From: an uncultured virus (IMG/VR IMGVR_UViG_3300045733_000484)
Taxonomy: Duplodnaviria > Heunggongvirae > Uroviricota > Caudoviricetes
Virus record (IMG/VR): IMGVR_UViG_3300045733_000484
Length of the DNA: 34,122 nt
Strand: one strand, 5' to 3'
How positions within the stretch are numbered: the stretch's first letter is position 1; each line of letters starts with the position of its first letter. The notes under the pieces are model-generated. The model was not told where the DNA came from and did no database searches. It was given only the letters and a program-made list of their open reading frames with translations. This document shows positions 26,475 through 34,122 of this stretch, piece by piece. The translations under genes and the position numbers were made by a program.

Positions 26475-26823
26475 ATTCAGCTTTTTGTTGCCTTGTTAAC
26501 TCTTTCTGATAAAGATCTGGATGAGTATCTTTTATCCTCATGATGTAGGAAGACCACCAGGAGATATCCAGACAGGACATCCCATGGTACTCTTGAACGT
26601 GGCACTTGTTATGAGTAAGTTCCCATAGAGATTCTTCAAGTAATAAGTCTTCATCTCTGCCATTGGTATGATGACAATCAGGATCATCGTGTATTTGGTT
26701 ATTGCAGAAAAAGCAGAAAAGCCTTCCAAATTTATCATCAGATCTTCTTCTATCAATGAAAATATCTCTTTTGATAAGATATATTCTTTCCTGCTTAGCT
26801 CGCTTAATCGATCTATGACGCAT
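26446..26823 (-). CDS. HNH-like Zn-binding nuclease
   Basis: CFFC ... DCHH..GR ... HNKCH...H. Confidence 0.6.
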   Translation of the reverse strand: MRHRSIKRAKQERIYLIKRDIFIDRRRSDDKFGRLFCFFCNNQIHDDPDCHHTNGRDEDLLLEESLWELTHNKCHVQEYHGMSCLDISWWSSYIMRIKDTHPDLYQKELTRQQKAEYGRNRYCTK

Positions 26824-26838
26824 ATTATCTTCTTATTT

Positions 26839-29166
26839 TTAAAAGGGAGCTTCCATATCGTCCGTATCAGTCCATACATCTCCTTCAGCTCCCGGGGAGT
26901 TATTAGGAGTTTGTACCTGCGATGCTGTAACACCAGAGGTAAGATATGCCTGACCATGTTCCTCGGGGAGGTAGGGTAAGAGACCGTTATTAATGATCCG
27001 TGAGAGAAACGTCCTTCGTTCTCTGTTTTTGTTTTGTTTGATAGCATAGCTAAAGGCTTTTGATTCTGCGATTATTGCACATTGTTTTGAAGCTCTTGTG
27101 ATAGCTGTATATAGAAGACAGTTATCTAAGAGGATATAATGGGTCCAGTCAATTCCTATTATTACCACATTCGATTGTGATCCCTGGTAAGAATGAACGG
27201 TTAGAGCATATGCGAGTTCGATATCTTTTGCTTCTTCAAAGATGAATTCAACAGTTTTCTCTTCTGTAAACTTCACAGTAAACTTTTTGGATTGCTCGTC
27301 AATGTTTTCAATGAATCCTATCTCACCATTGATAACTTCTTTTTCATAGTTGTTCACTCTTTGGATAACCTTTGCTCCCTGGGACAGTACTTTCTTACCA
27401 TACTTGACATGAGGAATATATTTATCGAATAGCCGGTCATGGATGATCATATTTATCTCTGTGGTGCTGTTTGCGACACCTTTCTTTCGAGGGACTATTA
27501 CTACCACATCATCGATCTTGTTTGTCTTGATGGCCTTGAAAAACGTATCAACGATTATTTCCTGGATCTTCTTACGATCATTCTCGAAGACGTACCACAT
27601 ATCTTTCAACTCACCGGTATTGGCAGCTTTAAGACGAGGAACAGGGTTTACACCGGTTCTTATCATGTTTGCATCAGATAGTATACCACTTCTCTGGGCT
27701 TGTCTATGGACCTGGGTAAACTTATTTATCTTAAGTATATCTCCTGCTTTTAACAGATCGGTAGCAATGTTTCCTATTCCTATTGGTGGGAGCTGAGCAT
27801 GATCAAAGATGATGATGAACTTGGCATTTATAGGTATAGCTTCGAATAACTTTTTAAATAACCATGAGTTTACCATGGATGCTTCATCAAGAATTATTAT
27901 CTGTTCTTCTAAAGGATTGGAAGCATTTCTCTCAAAGAAGCTACCTTTCCATTCGAGGATCCTGTGAATGGTCATTGCCGGGAATCCTGTTATCTCATAG
28001 ATCCTTTGAGCAGCTTTGGCGGCAAGGGCACATATTCCTATTTCATATCCTTCATACATGTCCAAAATTCCTTGTACGACAGTTGATTTTCCCGTCCCTG
28101 CGGCACCCGTTATTACTATGAAATTTGAATCTACGGTAGACAGGATGGCATTTCGCTGTTCTTCTGTAAATTCTATTTTCATTTTTTCCTCTGTCGTTTT
28201 TATATTGTAATTCGGTTTCGGGGATAATGTCGCGTTCTTCGACATCTTCACAGCCTTGTCCCATATTATTGATTCATTAATGTAATGTGATTTAAGTCCT
28301 ACTTGTGACTGATACGATTTAATAAGATTTTCATCTGCGAGAAGTTTTGAAAGATGAGGAGTTGCCTCTTTTGCATTTTCAGCAAATGTCATTCTTAGTT
28401 CGCTTTCCGGGAACATCGAATGACCTTCATCCATTCCTTTTTGATTCATGAAATATGTTATCAGTGACCGGGCCCTCTCTTCTGAGTCTATCAGCGCCGG
28501 GTTTATCTTGAGTGCCAGCTCGTCAACTCTTTTGAATCCGAGTCCGTGGATCCTGGTTAATATATACGGGTTGTTATGAAGAGTCTCTTTCAGTAACTGA
28601 GTATTTGGTATGTCATTTGTGATCTTCTGTATCATCTTGTATGTAACTCCAAGAGGAGTAAGCATGACCATGATATCTGATATCACATAGTTCTCTTCAA
28701 CATGAGTGATTATCTGATGCATCTTAGCGATCTTGATGTTTCCTACAGAGAATTCTCTTTTCCCTGCAATAACCTCATCAATGAACTTAGGATGTAACCT
28801 GACAATATCTTCTGCCTGTTTCTTGGTACATACTGCAGTGAGGAAGATTATTGTTCCCTCAATGTCTGTGGGTTTTTCCATGGATAGTTGAAGCGGTATG
28901 AACTGCCATCCATATTTAGCATGTTTCTTAACTTCGGCTTTTACACTATATTGCTGGCCAGTCTGGAGCTTTTGCATTGGTCCGGAAAGTATTGCTTCCG
29001 GGAATGCCTGCATAGCGTACATATCTTCAAACGCAGCTCTCTTAGGTTTTTCGAGATGAGGGATCTTGTCATTTGAAGTAAACACATAAACACCAAAGTT
29101 ATTATCACGATTATAATATAGTTCTTTTGTGACCGTGGCTTTGAAACTATATATGTCCATTATCAA
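26839..29166 (-). CDS. recD2: RecD2/TraA-family SF1B helicase
   Basis: N-terminal H.KYG.QF, HhH NPY.L..I.GLGFKR.D, Walker A GAAGTGKS, Walker B DEASM, QLPPIG, VHRQ, NGEIG, LAYALTVH..QGS and YTAITRA. Confidence 0.92.
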   Translation of the reverse strand: MIMDIYSFKATVTKELYYNRDNNFGVYVFTSNDKIPHLEKPKRAAFEDMYAMQAFPEAILSGPMQKLQTGQQYSVKAEVKKHAKYGWQFIPLQLSMEKPTDIEGTIIFLTAVCTKKQAEDIVRLHPKFIDEVIAGKREFSVGNIKIAKMHQIITHVEENYVISDIMVMLTPLGVTYKMIQKITNDIPNTQLLKETLHNNPYILTRIHGLGFKRVDELALKINPALIDSEERARSLITYFMNQKGMDEGHSMFPESELRMTFAENAKEATPHLSKLLADENLIKSYQSQVGLKSHYINESIIWDKAVKMSKNATLSPKPNYNIKTTEEKMKIEFTEEQRNAILSTVDSNFIVITGAAGTGKSTVVQGILDMYEGYEIGICALAAKAAQRIYEITGFPAMTIHRILEWKGSFFERNASNPLEEQIIILDEASMVNSWLFKKLFEAIPINAKFIIIFDHAQLPPIGIGNIATDLLKAGDILKINKFTQVHRQAQRSGILSDANMIRTGVNPVPRLKAANTGELKDMWYVFENDRKKIQEIIVDTFFKAIKTNKIDDVVVIVPRKKGVANSTTEINMIIHDRLFDKYIPHVKYGKKVLSQGAKVIQRVNNYEKEVINGEIGFIENIDEQSKKFTVKFTEEKTVEFIFEEAKDIELAYALTVHSYQGSQSNVVIIGIDWTHYILLDNCLLYTAITRASKQCAIIAESKAFSYAIKQNKNRERRTFLSRIINNGLLPYLPEEHGQAYLTSGVTASQVQTPNNSPGAEGDVWTDTDDMEAPF

Positions 29167-29419
29167 CTATTTTTTTGAACCATTCTTCTGTTTCTTTTGA
29201 GTATGGAGTTACAAAAGTTACTCCTGATATATAGAATATTATAAGATGAATACCTATTTCAGCATCTTTATCAGGATCGACCCAGAATCCATCAAAGTTA
29301 TTAGGATTAAAGTTAAAGTCTATATGATTATAGATCTGATCTTTTTTATGCTTTTCAAATCCAAGATCATCATTCTCATCTAACTTTCTATTATTACTAA
29401 CTACTATTACTATTTTCAT
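29147..29419 (-). CDS. Hypothetical protein (90 aa)
   Basis: Overlaps both neighbours in operon fashion. Confidence 0.6.
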   Translation of the reverse strand: MKIVIVVSNNRKLDENDDLGFEKHKKDQIYNHIDFNFNPNNFDGFWVDPDKDAEIGIHLIIFYISGVTFVTPYSKETEEWFKKIVDNGHI

Positions 29420-29901
29420 AATAATGCAGAGTTTGCCTGTTGTATCTCTTCTATTGTAACGATAGCCTTGGCCTCTGGGCCATAGATCTTGCGTACTTCT
29501 CTTATAAGAGCTATCTGACCATCGTTCTTATATATGACATCCTTAAACCCGTCGAAAATACCCTTTAACAGGTTATCTGTAAGATCCGGTTCTGTTGCCT
29601 TATATATAATTCCACCTGAGAACATAAGGTCTTTCATATTCTTTGGCATAGACTGTGGAGGTTCAAAGATCAATGTAGCTGATACTGCGAGAGTACCTTC
29701 AAGCCATTTGAATCCGGGTCCTACTTCTTCCCTGGCTGCATTTGCTACCAGTATCTCATAGTCTTTAATCTTCTTTGTCTGGTATACCTTAAGAAAGGCA
29801 TCCCATTTCCCTGTTTTGTCATTATAATAGGGAATACAAGTTGACCTAACACTTTGTTTAGGAACAACTTCTCCTGGTATTGTTATTGTTACTGACCGCA
29901 T
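29416..29901 (-). CDS. rusA: RusA-family Holliday junction resolvase
   Basis: IPGE.VPKQ..R start; PDLTDNLLKGIFDG...IYKNDGQI catalytic motif; K.YG. Confidence 0.85.
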   Translation of the reverse strand: MRSVTITIPGEVVPKQSVRSTCIPYYNDKTGKWDAFLKVYQTKKIKDYEILVANAAREEVGPGFKWLEGTLAVSATLIFEPPQSMPKNMKDLMFSGGIIYKATEPDLTDNLLKGIFDGFKDVIYKNDGQIALIREVRKIYGPEAKAIVTIEEIQQANSALL

Positions 29902-30134
29902 TTTCTTAATTTTTCACCTTCTGTTTCCCATTTAATATAGTTTCCCATAGCTTCCACCATACGACCAAGATCACGAGATCTTTGTATCTCATGATAGAAC
30001 CACCAGAAGTCTTTTTCTTTCAGGACATATACATCCTTACCTTCACTATCAAGCATATGATCTATCTTAAACTTAGACCCATATTTAATAGGACTCTTTG
30101 ATTTGATTACTGTTGATGATTCTATTAATCTCAT
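29889..30134 (-). CDS. Hypothetical protein (81 aa)
   Basis: Overlapping start/stop coupling with neighbours. Confidence 0.55.
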   Translation of the reverse strand: MRLIESSTVIKSKSPIKYGSKFKIDHMLDSEGKDVYVLKEKDFWWFYHEIQRSRDLGRMVEAMGNYIKWETEGEKLRKCGQ

Positions 30135-30778
30135 GGCATGAGTATATTTTTACCTATTAACTCGACTATCTTACCATCAATTTCAAAGAATGGTTTCATC
30201 TTGTTTACCAAGATATCAAATGATTTACTGAATGATATTATAAAATCTTCCAGTTCCTGGGACCAGGGAATCTCTTTGTAGTTATGAACATCATACCGAT
30301 CTACTCTATTTTGTGTACTTATTTTGGTATAGAGTTTATTTTCTCCAAGAGTTTTCTTCATTGCAATATGATACTTAAACTCCATACTTAATTTTTGGAC
30401 GTTCTCGAACCTATTGAATCGATCATTATTTGCTTGCTGAGTCTCGGTATGATAATCAAAGACATAAAGAATTACTTTCTCTTCAGATGTTTCTACTTCT
30501 ACAAATAATCTATTAAATAGATTTACAGACTCTTCCAGTTTTGTTTGCGTCAAAGCTGATATCTGTTTTACCTGAGACATTCTACCATATGAGTACTGGT
30601 GTAAAGTAAGTCCTTCAGTTGGTTTCCCTGAACCAAGTAACGAATCAAAAAATTCTCCAGCACCAGGAAACAACTTCCCAGCATCGGTATAGAATTCCTT
30701 ATCTTTTGAGCTATACATGATATCATAATCACCCCAGTGATCATTCCATCTAAAACGTCCTATTCCTATTTTTGCCAT
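30131..30778 (-). CDS. Hypothetical protein (215 aa)
   Basis: Start reassigned to the ATG at 30778 (MAKIGIGRF), which follows an A-rich leader. Confidence 0.65.
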   Translation of the reverse strand: MAKIGIGRFRWNDHWGDYDIMYSSKDKEFYTDAGKLFPGAGEFFDSLLGSGKPTEGLTLHQYSYGRMSQVKQISALTQTKLEESVNLFNRLFVEVETSEEKVILYVFDYHTETQQANNDRFNRFENVQKLSMEFKYHIAMKKTLGENKLYTKISTQNRVDRYDVHNYKEIPWSQELEDFIISFSKSFDILVNKMKPFFEIDGKIVELIGKNILMP

Positions 30779-30869
30779 TATTTTCTTTATTATGATTAGC
30801 CAGGAATGTACACCATACAATCACTATAACTAACCCTATTATTACTGATATTATCTCTGCTTCATTCAT
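30750..30869 (-). CDS. Small membrane protein (39 aa), absent from the ORF track
   Basis: MNEAEIISVIIGLVIVIVWCTFLANHNKENNGKNRNRTF*; ATGA overlap with the upstream stop; fills the gap between genes. Confidence 0.6.
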   Translation of the reverse strand: MNEAEIISVIIGLVIVIVWCTFLANHNKENNGKNRNRTF

Positions 30870-31078
30870 CGACCAGCTTTTTCCATAGCCCAATCATAGA
30901 AGTCTTTATCTACAAGATAGTAATTATCAAGAAAACCATCTGATTGTACGAGTGCTAAGGCTTCCTGTTTTTTAACAGTAGGTTCATTCATATCGTCTGC
31001 ATCGATACTCTGGAATGCACTATTTGTTTTTACTCGCATTCCAGTTTCTCTTTTATATTCTGCATAAAGGTCTCTCAT
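30866..31078 (-). CDS. Hypothetical protein (70 aa)
   Basis: ATGA coupling on both sides. Confidence 0.6.
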   Translation of the reverse strand: MRDLYAEYKRETGMRVKTNSAFQSIDADDMNEPTVKKQEALALVQSDGFLDNYYLVDKDFYDWAMEKAGR

Positions 31079-31269
31079 TGTTTTTTGCTTTTATTCTTAT
31101 AGTTGATATCTGATTTTATTACATCAAGGTTATCCTTGATATATTGACACAGTTCCGGGTAGCAGTATCCATTCTCATAAAGATAAAGAAGATACTCCCC
31201 GGGAACATTCGCGAGTTTCTCCCCTTTATACTTACCAAAGTGAATTATAGTACTATCATTAATACTCAT
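31075..31269 (-). CDS. DUF3820-like small protein
   Basis: FGKYKG..L..VP.EYLLYL motif. Confidence 0.75.
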   Translation of the reverse strand: MSINDSTIIHFGKYKGEKLANVPGEYLLYLYENGYCYPELCQYIKDNLDVIKSDINYKNKSKKQ

Positions 31270-32372
31270 AACATGATTGGCATGATGAGAATATGAACAG
31301 CCTTGTTACTGTCTTCGAATAACAATGCTGTAGTAGAATTCTTTACAGATAGTGTTATGTCGTCACTCCTGAAAGCATTAAGACAGACGGTAAGATGTTT
31401 CCCGGCCATTCCTACATTTATCTTTTCAGGGTTTGTGGAGTGTCCATTGATCCTTTCGTTTCCGGAAAGTTTAAAGTCGTTGTCTGCAGCTTCCATATAT
31501 ATGAAGTCCGGGTTTATGGAAATGTTTATTCCAGTGGAAGTCTGGTTGGCAAATAACATTAACCTGTCTATTGCAGGTAACATGTCTGTCTTGGTAAAGG
31601 TAATCTTTGTCTCCCTGGGATCACTAAAGAGTGGTTCAGTATTTGGATAGTTTCCTTCTATCAGCCGGCATGAGAACTGAAACCTGTCTCCTATAGCATC
31701 GATTCTCTTATTATCTGCAACTATAACAACAGTTTCATTATCATAGATCTTGTTAAACACAGTGGCAAACTTACTTGGTATGTTTATGTTTGCAACGATA
31801 TCTGTTTCAATACTGTCATTTGCCTGAAGAATCTTGATACTGTCAGTAGCTTCTACCCTTACAATCTTATCTTTTATCATGAAGTGAATAGATGTAAGTA
31901 CCGGTCTACTCTCATCAGAACCACAGAATGGAAGGGCTTTTGTAAGGTAGTTTTTGAATACAGCAGCTCCTATCTCGAACCTGACAGAATTCTCCTGTTT
32001 TATCTCAGTGAATACCGGGAAGTCTTTTCCATTAAGGAATGGAAGACTATACTCAAGGTTCTGTGATGTTATCTTGATAGATGTAGGAAGATATTCCAGC
32101 ATTACTGTCTCGCTGGCCATCTTACTCAAAAGACTTCCAAGGATCTTTGCATCGACACAGTATCCATCATTTTTTACAAAGTCTGATGATTCTACTTCTA
32201 TTGTCTGGGTAAGATGATTTTCAAGGTCGGTAGAAAGAATACCAATATTCTTTTCTCCTACTTTAAGTAATACTCTTTCGATTATTGGAAGAGTAGTTTT
32301 TCTTGGGACAAGATATCCCTGAGCGTTAGCAAGGATCTTAATAAATTTTTTGTTCTCTATAAGAGTCTTCAT
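31266..32372 (-). CDS. dnaN: DNA polymerase III beta sliding clamp
   Basis: 368 aa; TLPII..VL, STDLE, DFP, DESRPVLT, EATDS, RLIEGNYPN and terminal ILIMPIML. Confidence 0.93.
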   Translation of the reverse strand: MKTLIENKKFIKILANAQGYLVPRKTTLPIIERVLLKVGEKNIGILSTDLENHLTQTIEVESSDFVKNDGYCVDAKILGSLLSKMASETVMLEYLPTSIKITSQNLEYSLPFLNGKDFPVFTEIKQENSVRFEIGAAVFKNYLTKALPFCGSDESRPVLTSIHFMIKDKIVRVEATDSIKILQANDSIETDIVANINIPSKFATVFNKIYDNETVVIVADNKRIDAIGDRFQFSCRLIEGNYPNTEPLFSDPRETKITFTKTDMLPAIDRLMLFANQTSTGINISINPDFIYMEAADNDFKLSGNERINGHSTNPEKINVGMAGKHLTVCLNAFRSDDITLSVKNSTTALLFEDSNKAVHILIMPIML

Positions 32373-32415
32373 TCTATTAGGTTTTAAATGTTAATAATGT
32401 TGTTAATAACTGCAT

Positions 32416-32423
32416 CAAATGTA
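32416..32423 (-). promoter_or_regulatory. Bacteroidota -7 promoter element upstream of dnaN
   Basis: TACATTTG on the - strand in the 64-nt ThiF-dnaN gap; -33 element not evident. Confidence 0.5.
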
Positions 32424-32436
32424 TGTAATTTTCGTG

Positions 32437-33225
32437 TCATAATGTTACTGGATTGACCTTATAATTTTCAAGATTTACGAATATTCCGATCTTTGTTATT
32501 TCCTTCTTTGTAAGAAGATCCCATACAAGAAGACAGGTGTAATCTGCTACTAAGGTATTGATGAAAAGACTCTGTTTTTTAAGTGATTCTGCCATAGAAC
32601 AACTTGGTTCATCAAGATCATCTTCCATGTCAAGCCACCAGGATCCATCAATAGTAGCTATATCATCTCTCAGATCAATTTTATCCTGTAGTACTGTCTG
32701 AATGACTATCTGACCTTTATCATAACTATTCCCGGCATCAATGATGTAACAAGGTTTATTATATGGCTCTGCCTTTGATCCTTTCATGATCTTTTCTTTC
32801 ATGCCCATTATCATCTCCATTATCTCTGCTCTTGCAATGATCTTATCTACACACATGATAGTGATATTTGAAAATAGTGCAGCATAAGAAAATAGCTGGT
32901 TATTGAGTAATGACCTATCATATTTCATGTATCTGGCATCCCAATCAAAACCATAGAACCTGTTTATCCTGGAGACAAGTACTTCTGCTTTATAATGTCC
33001 TATATCAGAAGGAGCGAACATCTGCCGGCCAAGATTAGCTTCAGTAACCTTATCATCATCAAAGACTATTACATCCAGTGGTGTCTTATCAAGCCCAAGA
33101 AGGGCTTTATTTATCATTGCAAGACCAGTGAGTACCCTACTGCCGGTGCCACCTACTCCTACAAGACAGACAGTGATATTATGTGTAGGATTAGCTATCG
33201 TATTAACTATCTTGTGACTTCTCAT
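32437..33225 (-). CDS. PRTRC-system ThiF-family (E1-like) protein
   Basis: VGVGGTGS, D.D.V.EANLGRQ.F..SDIG..KA..LVSRINRFYG..W, CVD...AR, D.GN....GQ and PSCSMAESL.KQSLFIN; all characteristic of the PRTRC ThiF subfamily. Confidence 0.9.
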   Translation of the reverse strand: MRSHKIVNTIANPTHNITVCLVGVGGTGSRVLTGLAMINKALLGLDKTPLDVIVFDDDKVTEANLGRQMFAPSDIGHYKAEVLVSRINRFYGFDWDARYMKYDRSLLNNQLFSYAALFSNITIMCVDKIIARAEIMEMIMGMKEKIMKGSKAEPYNKPCYIIDAGNSYDKGQIVIQTVLQDKIDLRDDIATIDGSWWLDMEDDLDEPSCSMAESLKKQSLFINTLVADYTCLLVWDLLTKKEITKIGIFVNLENYKVNPVTL

Positions 33226-33925
33226 CTATAAGGGATTTTACTTTTATTTTTAGTGGAATTAATATTGATTCATCAAATGGATTCCCGGCTCCATAGTGAT
33301 GATCGAAAAGATATTGAACAGGACCAAGTACCATCTTATCTGATGAATGAGTGAATCTTGATCCAAAGAACCTGTTCTCTACCTTTTTCATTATTGCTAT
33401 AGCTGAAACTGGCTGTTTTATGTTTATAGATACATCTCCCATACATACTACTCCGCTACTACCAGTATTCATGAAGGGTGCCTGGAAAAGCTCTGTGTTA
33501 TCTGTGACGTCATTTTTAAGACCTTTATAAGCATATACAGATACCTTTCCCCAGGAAGTTACCATGAATAACAGGTTTGGCAGGGAATATACTCCGGATC
33601 TTACTTTCGTCTGATCAGTGAAGAACATCTGTGCATGGTTTAAAGAATATTTCCATAATAGAAATTCCCTGTTTGGCCTCTGGTTGATAAAGACTATCCT
33701 GTTATCTATTACTCTATCGAGGAAGATCTTTGAGTCCATCTCTTTTGAGAACTCTGTTACAAGACTCATCAAGGTTCTTTTATCAAGAGGTACAGCAGGT
33801 CCAAGAGTCTTATCTCCATAGATCCTTCTTTTCTCGATATAATACCTTGTTGTGTAAGTACTATCGTCATTTCGGAAAACAACTAAGTTGAGTATCGGTC
33901 GAAACACGTTGTTTGTGACTTCCAT
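33203..33925 (-). CDS. PRTRC system protein B (prokaryotic E2 family D-like)
   Basis: LPNLLF, VYAYKG, T.LFQAPFMN....GVVCMG and E..FF.S.FTH; directly overlaps the ThiF gene. Confidence 0.85.
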   Translation of the reverse strand: MEVTNNVFRPILNLVVFRNDDSTYTTRYYIEKRRIYGDKTLGPAVPLDKRTLMSLVTEFSKEMDSKIFLDRVIDNRIVFINQRPNREFLLWKYSLNHAQMFFTDQTKVRSGVYSLPNLLFMVTSWGKVSVYAYKGLKNDVTDNTELFQAPFMNTGSSGVVCMGDVSINIKQPVSAIAIMKKVENRFFGSRFTHSSDKMVLGPVQYLFDHHYGAGNPFDESILIPLKIKVKSLIDEKSQDS

Positions 33926-34121
33926 TTATTATTTCTGTATTTTTTACTCTTTCCATTAACTCTTTTAACTTATGACATACATCATTAGAGTAGTGCATGA
34001 AGAATACTATATTCTTTACAAACTCTCTATCTTCTTCTATCCTTTCTTTTGTAAGATGTTCGAAGTCATAATATGTCATTGGATCTACTTCCCCATTCTG
34101 ATTAATGTTTTCTACTATCAT
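33867..34121 (-). CDS. C-terminal part of a gene running off the window edge, possibly PRTRC protein F-like
   Basis: ORF reaches the right edge. The assignment rests on its position upstream of protein B only. Confidence 0.45.
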   Translation of the reverse strand: MIVENINQNGEVDPMTYYDFEHLTKERIEEDREFVKNIVFFMHYSNDVCHKLKELMERVKNTEIINGSHKQRVSTDTQLSCFPK

Positions 34122-34122
34122 A

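Noticed and set aside
26538..27047. 169-aa minus-strand ORF and 103-aa plus-strand ORF (26668-26979)
   Set aside because: Both overlap the better supported RecD2 and HNH-like genes almost entirely.
30779..30820. Upstream TTG start for the 229-aa ORF
   Set aside because: The region is better explained by the 39-aa membrane ORF, and ATG 30778 has an A-rich leader.
1..34122. Stop-codon reassignment, as in some crAss-like phages
   Set aside because: Genes tile densely under the standard code, and TAA, TGA and TAG (e.g. 20526-20528) all end genes at tight junctions.

Overview
AT-rich, gene-dense 34-kb fragment of a phage, most likely crAss-like (Crassvirales-type), infecting Bacteroidota. Host evidence: A-rich leaders without Shine-Dalgarno sites, TAnnTTTG promoter elements and Bacteroidota-type domains. 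Two blocks converge on a bidirectional terminator at 26034-26074. The + strand block (1-26 kb) starts with a giant (>4059 aa, probably 5'-truncated) virion RNA polymerase polyprotein carrying the DFDID catalytic loop and an HExxH zincin. It continues with a modular tail/receptor-binding cluster (delta-60 propeller, GLUG beta-helix, HxH-repeat fibres, ConA-like domains) whose members share N-terminal motifs in pairs, then a glycosyltransferase, an ECF sigma factor and a hypothetical gene. The - strand block (26-34 kb) is a replication/recombination module: stand-alone DnaA domain IV, HNH-like nuclease, RecD2 helicase with an SSB-like C-terminal tail, RusA and a beta sliding clamp. Directly upstream of the clamp is a PRTRC-type ubiquitin-like conjugation cassette (ThiF/E1 plus protein B/E2-like) that runs off the right edge. 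Best leads: (1) a phage-encoded E1/E2 system next to the phage's own sliding clamp; (2) roughly 10-fold excess of TCCGGA; (3) a candidate ~60-nt sRNA complementary to the clamp start region; (4) a plug-and-socket tail architecture. All family calls come from motif recognition by eye; no searches were run.
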